Shown: positions 9,875 through 20,632, counted from the stretch's first letter. The stretch is 64,000 nt of DNA from an uncultured Pseudogracilibacillus sp. (GCA_937960785.1 CALGOZ010000115.1:446-64445), one strand, 5' to 3'. The notes: generated by a model not told the origin, from the letters alone. Translations and numbers: made by a program.

Positions 9875-11002
9875 ATGGTAGAATCTAACAACGAATTACA
9901 AGTAGGAAATATTATAACAGGGACAATCGTAAAAATTGACGAAAAGCAAGTATTTGTCGACATCGGGCATAAATCGGAAGGAATTATACCAATTAGCGAA
10001 TTATCAAACCTTCATGTCGAAAATGCTGCAGATGTCGTTGATGATGGCCAGGAACTCGAACTAATGGTGAAAAAGATTGAAGATGAAGAAGTAATTTTAT
10101 CAAAAAAAATGGTTGATGCGGAAAAAGCGTGGGGAGATTTACAAGAAAAACTCGATAATGATGAAACTTTCGAAACTACAGTAAAAGAAATCGTAAAAGG
10201 TGGACTCGTTGTCGATGTTGGTTTACGAGGCTTTATTCCAGCATCATTAGTTGAAACATATTATGTAGAGGACTTTTCCGATTATCAAGATAAAACGTTA
10301 ACAGTAAAAGTTGTCGACTTAGATCGCGAACAAAATCGTGTGATCCTATCTCATCGTGCTGTCGTAGAGGAAGAAGAAGCGAAAAAACGCCAAGAAGTAC
10401 TCCAGTCTCTTGAAGCTGGACAAGTCGTTGACGGTACGGTGCAACGAATTACAGATTTCGGTGCTTTTGTCGATATCGGTGGTGTAGATGGACTCGTTCA
10501 TATTTCGGAATTAGCCCATACACACGTTGAAAAGGTCACAGATGTATTATCTGAAGGTCAAGAGATTCAAGTAGAAGTCCTCTCGGTTGATGAAGAGAAC
10601 GAACGAATTTCCTTATCTTATAAGAATACGTTACCAGGGCCTTGGGAAGGAATCGAAGAGCGAATTAAAGAAGGGGACGTTATCGAAGGTACGGTAAAAC
10701 GTCTCGTCGATTTTGGAGCATTTGTAGAAATTGAACCAGGTGTTGAAGGACTTGTTCATATTTCTCAAATTGCAAACCGCCACATTGGAACACCGGATGA
10801 AGTGCTTGATGTAAACCAAAAAATTGAAGCGAAAGTATTAAGTGTTAGTGAAGAAGAAGAACGTATCTCACTTAGCATTAAAGAAGTAGCTGCGGATACG
10901 GAAGAGGAAGAGGCAGTAGCTTCTTATGAACACGAAGAAGGAGCTTCTGGATTCTCAATTAGCGATATGATTGGTGATGAATTAAATAAATTAAAAGATT
11001 AA
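9875..11002 (+). CDS. rpsA: 30S ribosomal protein S1 homolog (four S1 domains)
   Basis: Four tandem S1/OB repeats with recurring G.V..I..FGAFVDIGG.DGLVHISE-type signatures. 375 aa, the short Firmicute S1 (YpfD). Confidence 0.85.
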   Translation: MVESNNELQVGNIITGTIVKIDEKQVFVDIGHKSEGIIPISELSNLHVENAADVVDDGQELELMVKKIEDEEVILSKKMVDAEKAWGDLQEKLDNDETFETTVKEIVKGGLVVDVGLRGFIPASLVETYYVEDFSDYQDKTLTVKVVDLDREQNRVILSHRAVVEEEEAKKRQEVLQSLEAGQVVDGTVQRITDFGAFVDIGGVDGLVHISELAHTHVEKVTDVLSEGQEIQVEVLSVDEENERISLSYKNTLPGPWEGIEERIKEGDVIEGTVKRLVDFGAFVEIEPGVEGLVHISQIANRHIGTPDEVLDVNQKIEAKVLSVSEEEERISLSIKEVAADTEEEEAVASYEHEEGASGFSISDMIGDELNKLKD

Positions 11003-11043
11003 CGTCCAATTCAGACGTTACAGATAAAAAGACTAGGGGAACG

Positions 11044-11754
11044 ATGAATTATGGGGATGCTTTTTATAGTATTCACCACTCACTTCTCCCTAGTCTTTTT
11101 ATGTATCGTTTAAGAATGAAAGATTTTATTCATACTACTAATAAAATGTTTATTGGAATGAGTAGTATGAAGGAATTGTTTTTCTTTTTTTGGTTTAGTT
11201 GGTTCTTTGTTATTATCGTCGTATTTTTTATGGAAAAAGGTTTTGAGCAAAGGTTGTTTCTTCTTTCCTTGTTAGGAATAATGATTTGTAAAAATCTCCA
11301 AGTATCAATCGGCCATCTTATTTCTATGTCCTTAAGCTTTATTCTTTTATTGTTTTGTACACTTTTATATTTCGCATTTTTACGGTTAGGACTTTATCAT
11401 TTCTTCGCAACGTATATCGTTATTTTTACATACGTTGGAATTTTATTGTGGTATAAAGTAAGTCCAGCATCTTTTATAGTTCAACCAAATGTCCTGATCC
11501 CAATTGCTAGTGTTAGTATAACGGTTTTTTTGCATCGTACTTTTCCTATCCAACGTGCAACGCTAATGTTAGGGTTCGTTTTAGGACAATTGTTGTTTCA
11601 TTTAATTTTAAGGAGTTATCACTTGGAGGTAAGACTTCAGGATGAATCGTTTTTTATTTTATTTTATGTTAGTTTGTTGATACTACTCGTAATTCAAGGG
11701 TTTATTCGGTCGGTCTCATTAATAAGAAGGAGACTATCTTCTGCAGGAAGGTGA
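11044..11754 (+). CDS. polytopic membrane protein (YphA-like); start uncertain
   Basis: Highly hydrophobic ORF with about 6 TM helices, at the yphA position before der. The ATG at 11044 and its RBS lie inside a long-range inverted repeat (11027-11099). In-frame ATGs at 11146, 11158 and 11167 are alternative starts. Confidence 0.5.
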   Translation: MNYGDAFYSIHHSLLPSLFMYRLRMKDFIHTTNKMFIGMSSMKELFFFFWFSWFFVIIVVFFMEKGFEQRLFLLSLLGIMICKNLQVSIGHLISMSLSFILLLFCTLLYFAFLRLGLYHFFATYIVIFTYVGILLWYKVSPASFIVQPNVLIPIASVSITVFLHRTFPIQRATLMLGFVLGQLLFHLILRSYHLEVRLQDESFFILFYVSLLILLVIQGFIRSVSLIRRRLSSAGR

Positions 11755-11851
11755 AAGGTATTCATTATTGTACTAATCGTTAATGTTTGTTAAAATATGT
11801 AGAGATTTCAAACAAAAAGGTGATCATGAAAAAGAAAGGTTGTGTCCTTTC

Positions 11852-13162
11852 ATGACAAAAGCTCACGTTGCAATTGTCGGACGTCCAAACGTAGGAAAAT
11901 CAACAATTTTTAATCGACTAGTCGGTGAACGTATTTCGATTGTCGAAGATACACCAGGGGTAACACGCGATCGAATATATGCAGAAGCCGAGTGGCTAAC
12001 AACGACTTTTAATGTCATCGATACGGGTGGGATTGAGACATCGGACGAACCTCTAATGACAAAAGTCCGCCACCAAGCAGAAATTGCGATCGACGAAGCA
12101 GATGTAATTATTTTTGTCGTAAATGGAGTAGAAGGAATTACGCCGACGGATGAGGAAGTTGCAAATATTTTATATCAGTCGAAAAAGCCGGTCGTATTAG
12201 CAGTAAATAAAATCGACCATCCTGAACGTCACGATTTAGTTTATGAATTTTATGCTTTGGGATTCGGTACACCTTATCCGGTTTCGGGTGCCCATGGAAT
12301 AGGTATAGGTGACTTACTCGATGAAGTAGTTCGTCATTTCCCTGATAAAGATGACGAAGTACAGGATGAAGAAACGATATATTTTAGTGTAATTGGTCGA
12401 CCAAATGTCGGGAAATCTTCCCTCGTTAATGCTATCTTGAATGAAGAGCGGGTAATCGTAAGTGAACAAGAAGGAACGACTCGTGATGCAATTGATACAG
12501 CCTTTGAGAAAGATGACCAAGATTATGTCATTATCGATACGGCTGGTATTCGTAAAAGAGGAAGAGTCTATGAAGCGACAGAAAAATATAGTGTTCTTCG
12601 AGCGTTAAAAGCGATTGATCGTTCCGATGTTGCTTTACTTGTACTTGATGCTGAAACCGGAATACGTGAACAAGATAAAACAATTGCCGGCTATGCGTTA
12701 GATGCTGGAAAAGCAATCATAATTGTCGTCAATAAATGGGATGTAGTCGATTCAAAAGAGATGACAATGGAACAGTTCGAAATGGAAATTCGTCAACAGT
12801 TTCAATTCCTTTCTTTCGCTCCGATTGTCTTCTTATCAGCCAAAACAAAACGGCGTCTACAACGACTTCTCCCAGTTGTAAAATTAGTAAGTGAAAATCA
12901 TGCAAAACGAATCGCAACGAACGTATTAAATGATGTGATTATGGATGCATTAGCTATCCATCCGTTACCGACGATTAAAGGACAACGATTGAAGGTGTAT
13001 TATATAACTCAAGTAGCGGTTAAACCACCTACTTTCGTTGTGTTTGTTAACAACCCTGATTTAATGCACTTTACTTTTAAACGATTTTTAGAAAATCAAA
13101 TTCGTGAAGCGTTTGGTTTTTCTGGAACGCCAATTCATATCGTCGCAAGAAAGAGGAAGTAG
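11852..13162 (+). CDS. der: ribosome-biogenesis GTPase Der (EngA)
   Basis: Two tandem GTPase domains: [22 protein letters not shown] and [25 protein letters not shown] 11852 gives the canonical 436 aa; the track ORF begins 69 nt upstream. Confidence 0.9.
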   Translation: MTKAHVAIVGRPNVGKSTIFNRLVGERISIVEDTPGVTRDRIYAEAEWLTTTFNVIDTGGIETSDEPLMTKVRHQAEIAIDEADVIIFVVNGVEGITPTDEEVANILYQSKKPVVLAVNKIDHPERHDLVYEFYALGFGTPYPVSGAHGIGIGDLLDEVVRHFPDKDDEVQDEETIYFSVIGRPNVGKSSLVNAILNEERVIVSEQEGTTRDAIDTAFEKDDQDYVIIDTAGIRKRGRVYEATEKYSVLRALKAIDRSDVALLVLDAETGIREQDKTIAGYALDAGKAIIIVVNKWDVVDSKEMTMEQFEMEIRQQFQFLSFAPIVFLSAKTKRRLQRLLPVVKLVSENHAKRIATNVLNDVIMDALAIHPLPTIKGQRLKVYYITQVAVKPPTFVVFVNNPDLMHFTFKRFLENQIREAFGFSGTPIHIVARKRK

Positions 13163-13174
13163 AGGAGGTAAACA

Positions 13175-14191
13175 GTGAAAAAAATTGCCGTATTAGGAGC
13201 TGGTAGCTGGGGAACAGCCTTAAGTATCGTATTAGCTGATAACGACTATGACGTACGTTTATGGTCACATCGAGAAGATCAAGTAAATGAAATTAATGAA
13301 ACGAATCGCAACGCTCGTTACTTAGATGTCGATCTTCCGGCATCGATTAAAGCTTATGCAGAGATTAAAGAAGCTGTTCAAGGAGTAGAAGCAGTTTTAA
13401 TTGTTGTTCCTTCAAGTGCAATGAGGGAAGTGATGAAAAAGTTACGTCCATACATAGCTAAAGATACGTTATTAATTCATGCTTCAAAAGGGGTAGAGCC
13501 TGATACGCTAAAACGAATTTCGGAAGTAATTTTGGAAGAGGTTCCTTCCTATGAAAAAGAACGAATCGTTGTCTTATCTGGTCCAAGCCATGCAGAAGAA
13601 GTTGCCTTCCGTTTGCCAACGACCGTAACCGTTGCGGCGGAAAATATTGTTTACGCCCAACAGGCTCAAAATATTTTTATGAACGATGATTTCCGAGTCT
13701 ATACGAGTACCGACGTAATCGGTGTCGAATTAGGCGGAGCATTAAAAAACATTATCGCTTTAGGAGCAGGAATTTTGGATGGTTTACAATTTGGCGATAA
13801 TGCAAAAGCCGCTTTAATCACTCGGGGTCTTGCAGAAATTACTCGTCTTGCTACAGCGATGGGAGCAAATCCGTTAACCTTTTTAGGATTGTGTGGAGTC
13901 GGTGATTTAATCGTGACATCGACAAGTACCCATAGTCGAAATTGGCGAGCCGGGAACTTATTAGGTCAAGGAAAAAAATTAGACGATATTTTAAAAGAGA
14001 TGAATATGGTTGTCGAAGGAGTCCGAACGACTAAAGCTGCTTATCAATTAAGTAAAAGATATGACGTAGAAATGCCGATTACAGAGGGACTGTATGCAGT
14101 CTTATTTAAAGAAAAAGATCCAGAAGCGGTCGTTCAACAATTAATGAATCGGGAAAAGCGAAAAGAACTAGATAATTTAAAGACGATGTAG
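13175..14191 (+). CDS. gpsA: NAD(P)H-dependent glycerol-3-phosphate dehydrogenase
   Basis: Rossmann N-terminus KIAVLGAGSWGTALS. 338 aa. GTG start after an agaggagg RBS. Lies directly after der. Confidence 0.9.
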   Translation: MKKIAVLGAGSWGTALSIVLADNDYDVRLWSHREDQVNEINETNRNARYLDVDLPASIKAYAEIKEAVQGVEAVLIVVPSSAMREVMKKLRPYIAKDTLLIHASKGVEPDTLKRISEVILEEVPSYEKERIVVLSGPSHAEEVAFRLPTTVTVAAENIVYAQQAQNIFMNDDFRVYTSTDVIGVELGGALKNIIALGAGILDGLQFGDNAKAALITRGLAEITRLATAMGANPLTFLGLCGVGDLIVTSTSTHSRNWRAGNLLGQGKKLDDILKEMNMVVEGVRTTKAAYQLSKRYDVEMPITEGLYAVLFKEKDPEAVVQQLMNREKRKELDNLKTM

Positions 14192-14428
14192 GCAACTAAC
14201 AAAAGAAGATAAGTGGCATATACTAATGTTGATTGTTGCTAAAGACAATTTTGCTATCTAATAGTTTATTAGGTAAAGTAATGAGAGCTTCAAATATATA
14301 ATCAATAGAAGTTTTCAATGAAATATGACCGAATGTAGGCAAGTGAATATACAAACGGTCTTATGTAAGCATAAACTAAAGCGCAAGAGTAATCTCTTTT
14401 TGAGATGCATTTGGGTATTGTTTAGTCG

Positions 14429-14466
14429 AATCTAGAGTGTCGAAAAGGCACTCTAGATTTTATTTT
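14429..14466 (+). terminator. strong rho-independent terminator about 240 nt downstream of gpsA
   Basis: 11-bp perfect stem aatctagagtg / cactctagatt, 9-nt loop, T-rich tail tttattttg. Confidence 0.8.
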
Positions 14467-14567
14467 GTATATCCGAGGCGCAATATATTTCAATCTAATA
14501 TATATATGAAAATAACTATGTTATAATTACTCACGAAAATAATTTTATAAATTTAGAGGTGAAATCG

Positions 14568-14765
14568 TTGACTCCAGCAGAAGTAAAAGAAATAATTTCT
14601 TTCGTTGGGATTGGTCTTCTTATTCTAGCGATTGCATTAATTACGTTAAGTCGTAAAAAATTGTCTGGAATTTTTCGTTTAATAGTATCATTTTTAGCGT
14701 ATATTAGTTTGATTATTGGTGGACTTATCGTCGTTTTTATCGTTATTAGCGGCCCGACGGGTTAG
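14568..14765 (+). CDS. small two-TM membrane protein (YphE-like)
   Basis: 65-68 aa with two hydrophobic helices. TTG 14568 follows a gaggtg RBS; the track start GTG 14559 overlaps that RBS. Lies between gpsA and yphF as B. subtilis yphE does. Confidence 0.5.
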   Translation: MTPAEVKEIISFVGIGLLILAIALITLSRKKLSGIFRLIVSFLAYISLIIGGLIVVFIVISGPTG

Positions 14766-14778
14766 GAGGACTTACTAA

Positions 14779-15492
14779 ATGAAACGTACTATCCCACTAA
14801 TTTTTATAAGTTTATTATTACTAATTGTAAGTGGTTGTTTATATCCGCAATCAGAGTTAGCAAAACATCAGGAGCCCCAGGAAGAGCAATTGCAAAGGGT
14901 TCAAGAAGCAGTATTACAATATAAAGAACAGACAAACGGCTTAATGCCAATTCATACAACAGAGAACGATGTACCACGTTATGAGAAATATATTATCGAT
15001 TTTACAACTTTGAGAGATGCCCAATTACTTAATGAAATCCCGGGAACGGCTTTTGAAAATGGAGGATATTATCAATATGTTATCATTACGCCTGAAGAGG
15101 ATCCACGAGTGAAATTAATCGATTTACGTATTACAGAAAAGCTCCGGGAAGTAAATGTGAAACTTGATATATATCGTCAAAAACATTTATATCCACCCTA
15201 CGGTGAACAAATCGCACCAGATATTTATCAACTAAATTATGAAAAACTCGGATTAAAGGAAGAGCCAATAGTTGTTAGCCCTTATTCAAACGAACAGCTA
15301 CCAATTTTAATTACAACAGAAGGACAGCTTATCGTCGATTATCGTCTCGATTTGCAATTGGCAATAGAAGAGTATGGTGTTGATGAAAGTTCAGAAGATA
15401 TACGCTACATATTAGAAGATAATTATCCTTTTGTACCGGCTTATTCCGTTCCTTATATCGTTGAAGATGGAGAGCCGATTTTCAATCCGTAA
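14779..15492 (+). CDS. lipoprotein (YphF-like)
   Basis: Signal peptide with lipobox LIVSGC, an aggagg RBS, 237 aa, at the yphF position upstream of spoIVA. Confidence 0.6.
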   Translation: MKRTIPLIFISLLLLIVSGCLYPQSELAKHQEPQEEQLQRVQEAVLQYKEQTNGLMPIHTTENDVPRYEKYIIDFTTLRDAQLLNEIPGTAFENGGYYQYVIITPEEDPRVKLIDLRITEKLREVNVKLDIYRQKHLYPPYGEQIAPDIYQLNYEKLGLKEEPIVVSPYSNEQLPILITTEGQLIVDYRLDLQLAIEEYGVDESSEDIRYILEDNYPFVPAYSVPYIVEDGEPIFNP

Positions 15493-15513
15493 AAGCTTTA
15501 TACTCTATTGTAA

Positions 15514-15547
15514 AGAACTGAATCGTATTACGATTCGGTTCTTTTTT
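15514..15547 (+). terminator. rho-independent terminator after the yphF-like gene
   Basis: 12-bp stem agaactgaatcg / cgattcggttct, 5-nt loop, T6 run. Confidence 0.8.
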
Positions 15548-15603
15548 ATGTGTTGAATATTTTCATAAATAATAAGTCTATACAATTGTTTTTAAATTTA
15601 TTT

Positions 15604-15633
15604 GCATATTTTAATCGGACAACATCATACAAT
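15604..15633 (+). promoter_or_regulatory. candidate sigma-E type promoter for spoIVA
   Basis: gcatatt (-35-like ATATT), a 15-nt spacer, then catacaat (-10-like CATACAnT), about 60 nt upstream of the spoIVA start. spoIVA is sigma-E dependent in B. subtilis. Confidence 0.4.
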
Positions 15634-15693
15634 AGTAGCAATGTATAGGAATATTTTGACGGGCAGTTGCTTACATATCAATGAGGAGGGATT

Positions 15694-17175
15694 TTGTTGG
15701 ATCGAATTGATATCTTTAAAGATATTTCAAAGCGAACGAATGGGGATGTATACTTAGGAATTGTCGGTGCGGTTCGTACAGGTAAATCGACGTTTATTAA
15801 ACGATTTATGGAGCTAGTCGTTTTACCAAATATTAAAGAGGAGCACGAACGTGTACGCGCCCTTGATGAACTACCCCAAAGTGCAGCAGGTAAGACGATT
15901 ATGACGACTGAACCAAAATTTGTACCGAATCAAGCTGTTACAATTGATATTGAAGAAGGTGTAGAAGTAAACGTACGACTCGTTGATTGTGTCGGTTATG
16001 CCGTAGAAGGGGCAAAAGGTTTCGAAGACGAAAGTGGTCCTCGGATGGTGCATACACCTTGGTATGATGAACCGATTCCTTTTCATGATGCAGCCGAGAT
16101 TGGAACACGAAAAGTCGTACAAGAACATTCGACAATTGGAATTGTGATTACTACCGATGGAACGATTGGTGAAATTCCAAGAAGCCACTATGTAGAAGCG
16201 GAACAAAAAGTAATCGAAGAGTTAAAAGAGGTTGGAAAGCCGTTTATCGTAATTGTTAACTCTGCCCGGCCGACGGATCAAGAAACTGAATTACTTCGTC
16301 AACATTTGAAGGAAGAGCATGACGTTCCGGTATTAGCAATGAGTGTCGAGACAATGACGGAACACGACGTATTGAATGTATTGCGCGAAGCCTTGTATGA
16401 GTTTCCAGTCTTAGAGGTAAATGTTAATTTACCGAGTTGGGTGATGGTCTTAAAGGATGATCATTGGCTTAAACAAAGTTATGAAGAAGCCATTGAATCA
16501 ACGGTTCGTAGCATTAAGCGTCTACGGGATGTAAGTTCAATCGTAAACGATTTTACCCAATTTGAATATATCGAAGAGGCGAAAATTTCTGCCGTATTAA
16601 TGGGAGAAGGTATCGCGGAAATCGATTTATATTCGCCACAATCCTTGTATGAAGAAGTATTAAAAGAAATCGTCGGTGAAAAGATTACCGGAAAAGACCA
16701 TCTACTAGCCCTTATGCAGGAGTTTACCCATGCGAAGCGAGAATATGATCAAATTGCCGGTGCATTACAAATGGTAAAGCAAACAGGCTATGGAATCGCA
16801 GCTCCATCGATAGAAGATATGCAACTCGATGAACCTGAGATTATTAAACAAGGTGCCCGTTACGGCGTTCGCTTAAAAGCCGTTGCTCCATCAATTCATA
16901 TGGTAAAAGTTGAAGTAGAATCAGAATTCGCACCAATTATTGGTACAGAAAAACAGAGCGAAGAACTCGTTAAATATTTAATGCAAGATTTTGAGGAAGA
17001 TCCGTTATCAATTTGGAACTCTGATATTTTCGGCCGTTCCTTAAGCTCAATCGTCCGTGAAGGTATCCAAGCAAAAATTTCACTAATGCCAGAAAATGCT
17101 CGCTATAAATTAAAAGAAACATTAGAAAGAATGATTAATGAGGGTTCTGGTGGACTCATCGCTATTATTTTATAA
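15694..17175 (+). CDS. spoIVA: stage IV sporulation protein A (spore coat morphogenetic ATPase)
   Basis: The N-terminus DIFKDISKRTNGDVYLGIVGAVRTGKSTFIKRFME carries the SpoIVA Walker A. 493 aa. TTG start after a gaggaggg RBS. Confidence 0.9.
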   Translation: MLDRIDIFKDISKRTNGDVYLGIVGAVRTGKSTFIKRFMELVVLPNIKEEHERVRALDELPQSAAGKTIMTTEPKFVPNQAVTIDIEEGVEVNVRLVDCVGYAVEGAKGFEDESGPRMVHTPWYDEPIPFHDAAEIGTRKVVQEHSTIGIVITTDGTIGEIPRSHYVEAEQKVIEELKEVGKPFIVIVNSARPTDQETELLRQHLKEEHDVPVLAMSVETMTEHDVLNVLREALYEFPVLEVNVNLPSWVMVLKDDHWLKQSYEEAIESTVRSIKRLRDVSSIVNDFTQFEYIEEAKISAVLMGEGIAEIDLYSPQSLYEEVLKEIVGEKITGKDHLLALMQEFTHAKREYDQIAGALQMVKQTGYGIAAPSIEDMQLDEPEIIKQGARYGVRLKAVAPSIHMVKVEVESEFAPIIGTEKQSEELVKYLMQDFEEDPLSIWNSDIFGRSLSSIVREGIQAKISLMPENARYKLKETLERMINEGSGGLIAIIL

Positions 17176-17488
17176 CAGCTGAAATATGCTGTTATTTATT
17201 TTTATGAAAATGCATACACCTCCTTGAAACATCGCGTTTATTCGTTTAAGATGGAAGTATATAATTAGCTAGGACAACCGATTTCGACAAAATTTCAATT
17301 ATATCGTTAAAAAGTGCACAAAATTACGATAAAGTATTGAATTTTAGAACAAAGTCGGTTAATATTAGCTTTATCATCAATTAATTTGCTTTTTTACGTA
17401 TAAAAGCAAGACGATTGGTGAACAAATGTATATAGCTTAAGTTATGTAATGAGTAATGCATTTCGCAAACAAAGAGGAGGTGAATGTC

Positions 17489-17764
17489 ATGAACAAAACA
17501 GACCTAGTAAATGCAGTAGCAGAAAAAACTGAGTTATCGAAGAAAGACGCTGCTAAAGCTGTCGATGCAGTATTTGAAACTGTCATGGATTCACTAAGTG
17601 AAGGTGAAAAAGTACAAATTATCGGTTTCGGTAATTTTGAAGTACGTGAACGCAAGGCTCGTAAAGGGCGTAACCCACAAACTGGAGAAGAAATTCAAAT
17701 TCCAGCGAGTAAAGTTCCAGCATTCAAAGCTGGTAAAGCTCTTAGAGATGCAGTTCGCGGCTAA
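17489..17764 (+). CDS. hbs: DNA-binding protein HU
   Basis: [57 protein letters not shown]. 91 aa from ATG 17489 after an agaggagg RBS. The track ORF starts 33 nt upstream. Confidence 0.9.
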   Translation: MNKTDLVNAVAEKTELSKKDAAKAVDAVFETVMDSLSEGEKVQIIGFGNFEVRERKARKGRNPQTGEEIQIPASKVPAFKAGKALRDAVRG

Positions 17765-17793
17765 ACAGCTACATAGAGCCTCATAAAAGCAAA

Positions 17794-17826
17794 AAAGGGT
17801 ACATTTATGTACTCTTTTTTATTTTG
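17794..17826 (+). terminator. rho-independent terminator after hbs
   Basis: 10-bp stem aaagggtaca / tgtactcttt (one G-U pair), loop ttta, T-run. Confidence 0.75.
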
Positions 17827-18006
17827 AATAAAATATCTTTTTTTAAGTTACGCCTAAGCTCAAATGTATTGACAACGGTTATAAAATGGGTGATAGTAAT
17901 TAAGGTGAACGTTAAATAAAAAAATATATGAATTAGTAAATGTTCTACATAAAACTATGTTATACTTAAAAGTAATATTTGATGAAGAAAGTATAGGTGG
18001 TTCGAT

Positions 18007-18774
18007 GTGTCTTCTATCAGTAGTGAAAAACTAAGACAAAAGCTCGAAAACAAAATGTTCCATACATTTGTTGAACAACATATGAATCGACCTTTTGTCG
18101 ACTCCAAAAAATTAGATATATTATCGCTACTTTTCCACAACGTTGCATTAACTAAAGAAGAAAAGTACGATCGAATGGTTCCTATTATGCTCGTACAAAT
18201 CGCCCTTGATACGCACGAACGAGTAACCCTCGACAATGAACCATTATCTGAAGAGTTAGAAAGGCAATTGTCCGTACTTGCGGGAGACTATTACAGTAGT
18301 CTTTACTATAAAGTGTTAGCTGACTTAAAAGAGGTCCAATTAATTCGCGTCATTGCAAATGCAATTAAACAAATTAATGAACAAAAAATTTCCCTTTACC
18401 AATACGAACTATCAAATTGGCAAGAATTAATGGAAACTTTTATGATAATTGAAGCGAAGCTTTTTACAAATGTCGGTAAATATTATAATGTACCACCGCT
18501 TTATTTGTCTTATATAAAAGAGCTCTTACTCATTAACCGACTAGAACAAGAGAGAGAACGAATTAAAAACAATCATTTTAGCTATATAAAACAATACGTA
18601 ATACGCAACCAAATGGAATTAAGCGGACCATCGATTATCGACTCAATCAATAAGGAAATTTTCGCTCATGAAAAATTAATTGAAGAATTAACGTGTGAGG
18701 TCGCGTTAACTTATCAACAAACTAGTGACAGAACGTACTATCATACAATGTTATCAGTGGTGGAAGAAGGATAA
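18007..18774 (+). CDS. hepS: heptaprenyl diphosphate synthase component I
   Basis: 255 aa, the first gene of the hepS-menG-hepT (gerC) arrangement. GTG start after a taggtgg RBS. Confidence 0.7.
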   Translation: MSSISSEKLRQKLENKMFHTFVEQHMNRPFVDSKKLDILSLLFHNVALTKEEKYDRMVPIMLVQIALDTHERVTLDNEPLSEELERQLSVLAGDYYSSLYYKVLADLKEVQLIRVIANAIKQINEQKISLYQYELSNWQELMETFMIIEAKLFTNVGKYYNVPPLYLSYIKELLLINRLEQERERIKNNHFSYIKQYVIRNQMELSGPSIIDSINKEIFAHEKLIEELTCEVALTYQQTSDRTYYHTMLSVVEEG

Positions 18775-18776
18775 AA

Positions 18777-19481
18777 ATGAAAGATAATCATAAGGCTGAA
18801 AAAGTCCATAATGTATTTCAAAACATATCAGATAAGTATGATCAAATGAATTCGATTATCTCGTTTAATCGTCATCTCGCTTGGCGTAAAGATGTGATGA
18901 GACAGATGAACGTCCAAAAAGGAGCTGAAGCTCTTGATGTTTGTACCGGGACCGGAGACTGGGCTTTCTCTTTAGCAAAAGAAGTAGGTCAAGAAGGCAG
19001 GGTTATCGGTCTTGATTTTAGTGAAAATATGCTAGAAGTAGCAAAAGAAAAGCAGGCTGAACAAAAGGCTGCCAATGTGACGTTTATTCACGGCGACGCA
19101 ATGGATCTTCCTTTTGAAGATGAAACCTTCGATTATGTAACAATAGGATTTGGATTACGTAATGTACCCGATTATGAACAGGTGCTACGTGAAATGCACC
19201 GTGTCCTTAAGCCGGGGGGCATTGCTGTTTGTTTGGAAACTTCCCAACCAACATTAATCGGCTATCGTCAACTTTATTATTTTTATTTTCGATTTATCAT
19301 GCCTCTTTTTGGAAAAATTTTTGCAAAAAGTTACGATGAGTATGCATGGCTCCATGAATCGGCTCGAGAATTTCCGGACAAAGAACAGTTGAAGCAACTC
19401 TTTTTACACGTCGGCTTCACATCTGTACAAATAAAAGGCTACAGCGGTGGCGTAGCGGCAATGCATTTAGCTACGAAATAG
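18777..19481 (+). CDS. menG: demethylmenaquinone methyltransferase (UbiE/MenG)
   Basis: [29 protein letters not shown] and the SAM motif [11 protein letters not shown]. 234 aa. Confidence 0.9.
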   Translation: MKDNHKAEKVHNVFQNISDKYDQMNSIISFNRHLAWRKDVMRQMNVQKGAEALDVCTGTGDWAFSLAKEVGQEGRVIGLDFSENMLEVAKEKQAEQKAANVTFIHGDAMDLPFEDETFDYVTIGFGLRNVPDYEQVLREMHRVLKPGGIAVCLETSQPTLIGYRQLYYFYFRFIMPLFGKIFAKSYDEYAWLHESAREFPDKEQLKQLFLHVGFTSVQIKGYSGGVAAMHLATK

Positions 19482-19531
19482 TTAGGACAACACGATTAAA
19501 CCGTGATAAGTAATGAGTAAAGGTGAACGAA

Positions 19532-20509
19532 ATGAAATTTAAATCACTTTATGAACCGTTAAAAAACGAACTACAACAAATCGAAGAAGCTCTCAAAGAT
19601 TCCATCGATGCAGAACATCCGATTTTTCGAAAAAGTTCATTACAACTAATCGAAGCTGGCGGAAAACGAATCCGTCCGGTTTTTGTTTTATTATCGAGTC
19701 AATTCGGTAAAGAAAATCGTAGCCAAAAAGATATCAAATCCGTTGCAGTCGCATTGGAATTAATCCACATGGCAACGTTAGTGCACGATGATGTCGTCGA
19801 TGATGCGACACTTCGCCGGGGAAATCCAACGATTAAGCATACGTACGATAATCGTATTGCGATGTATACCGGTGATTATATTTTAGCAAGGGCTTTAGAG
19901 GTAGTAACGACGATCGAGGAAGCTGAATTGCATCAAGTATTATCAAAGACATTAGTCAAAGTCGTTGAAGGAGAGTTCGATCAACTTCGCGACCAATATA
20001 ATTTACAGCAAAATTTACGCACTTATCTACAGCGAATTAAACGTAAAACAGCTCTTTTAATTGCGACAAGTTGTAAGCTAGGTGCAATCGCAGCCGGAGC
20101 GAAACGGGAGCATGTACGCCATTTATACCAATACGGCTATTATGTCGGTATGTCTTTTCAAATTATCGATGACATATTAGATATAACTGCTTCACCGGAA
20201 CAATTAGGAAAGCCTACTGGTAGCGATTTACTACAAGGCAATATTACGTTACCTGTTCTCTGTGCGATGGAAGATGAACATTTCAAAAAGCAACTGCAAG
20301 CACTTTTCCAACATCCGGAAAAGATTAGCCAGCAAGATATCGATGAAATACTGTCGCTACTTGTAGAAACAGATGCCATTGAACGTTCCTATCGATTGAG
20401 TAATTTGTATTTAGAAAAAGCAAATATCGCCTTGAATAAGTTGCCACAAAAAGATGCAAAAACAGCCTTACAAATAATTGCTAACATGATTGGCAAGCGT
20501 AAATTTTAA
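19532..20509 (+). CDS. hepT: heptaprenyl diphosphate synthase component II
   Basis: Polyprenyl synthase aspartate-rich motifs LVHDDVVDD and QIIDDILD. ATG 19532 follows an aaaggtga RBS. Confidence 0.85.
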   Translation: MKFKSLYEPLKNELQQIEEALKDSIDAEHPIFRKSSLQLIEAGGKRIRPVFVLLSSQFGKENRSQKDIKSVAVALELIHMATLVHDDVVDDATLRRGNPTIKHTYDNRIAMYTGDYILARALEVVTTIEEAELHQVLSKTLVKVVEGEFDQLRDQYNLQQNLRTYLQRIKRKTALLIATSCKLGAIAAGAKREHVRHLYQYGYYVGMSFQIIDDILDITASPEQLGKPTGSDLLQGNITLPVLCAMEDEHFKKQLQALFQHPEKISQQDIDEILSLLVETDAIERSYRLSNLYLEKANIALNKLPQKDAKTALQIIANMIGKRKF

Positions 20510-20632
20510 TAAAATTTATGAATCATTAGTTAACGTGTTGATACGTTTAATTGTATTATGTGGAATTATTTGATAGAATTTTAAGGACAAAAATAATTGA
20601 TAATTAACATTGTTATAGAGGAGAAGGTTTGT

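Noticed and set aside
15871-16206. 111-aa and 65-aa minus-strand ORFs inside spoIVA
   Set aside because: They are antisense to the strongly supported spoIVA CDS and carry no independent signals.
17437-17786. 72-aa minus-strand ORF and 62-aa alternative-frame plus-strand ORF over hbs
   Set aside because: hbs (HU) accounts for the locus. The alternatives lack an RBS and encode implausible basic or low-complexity peptides.
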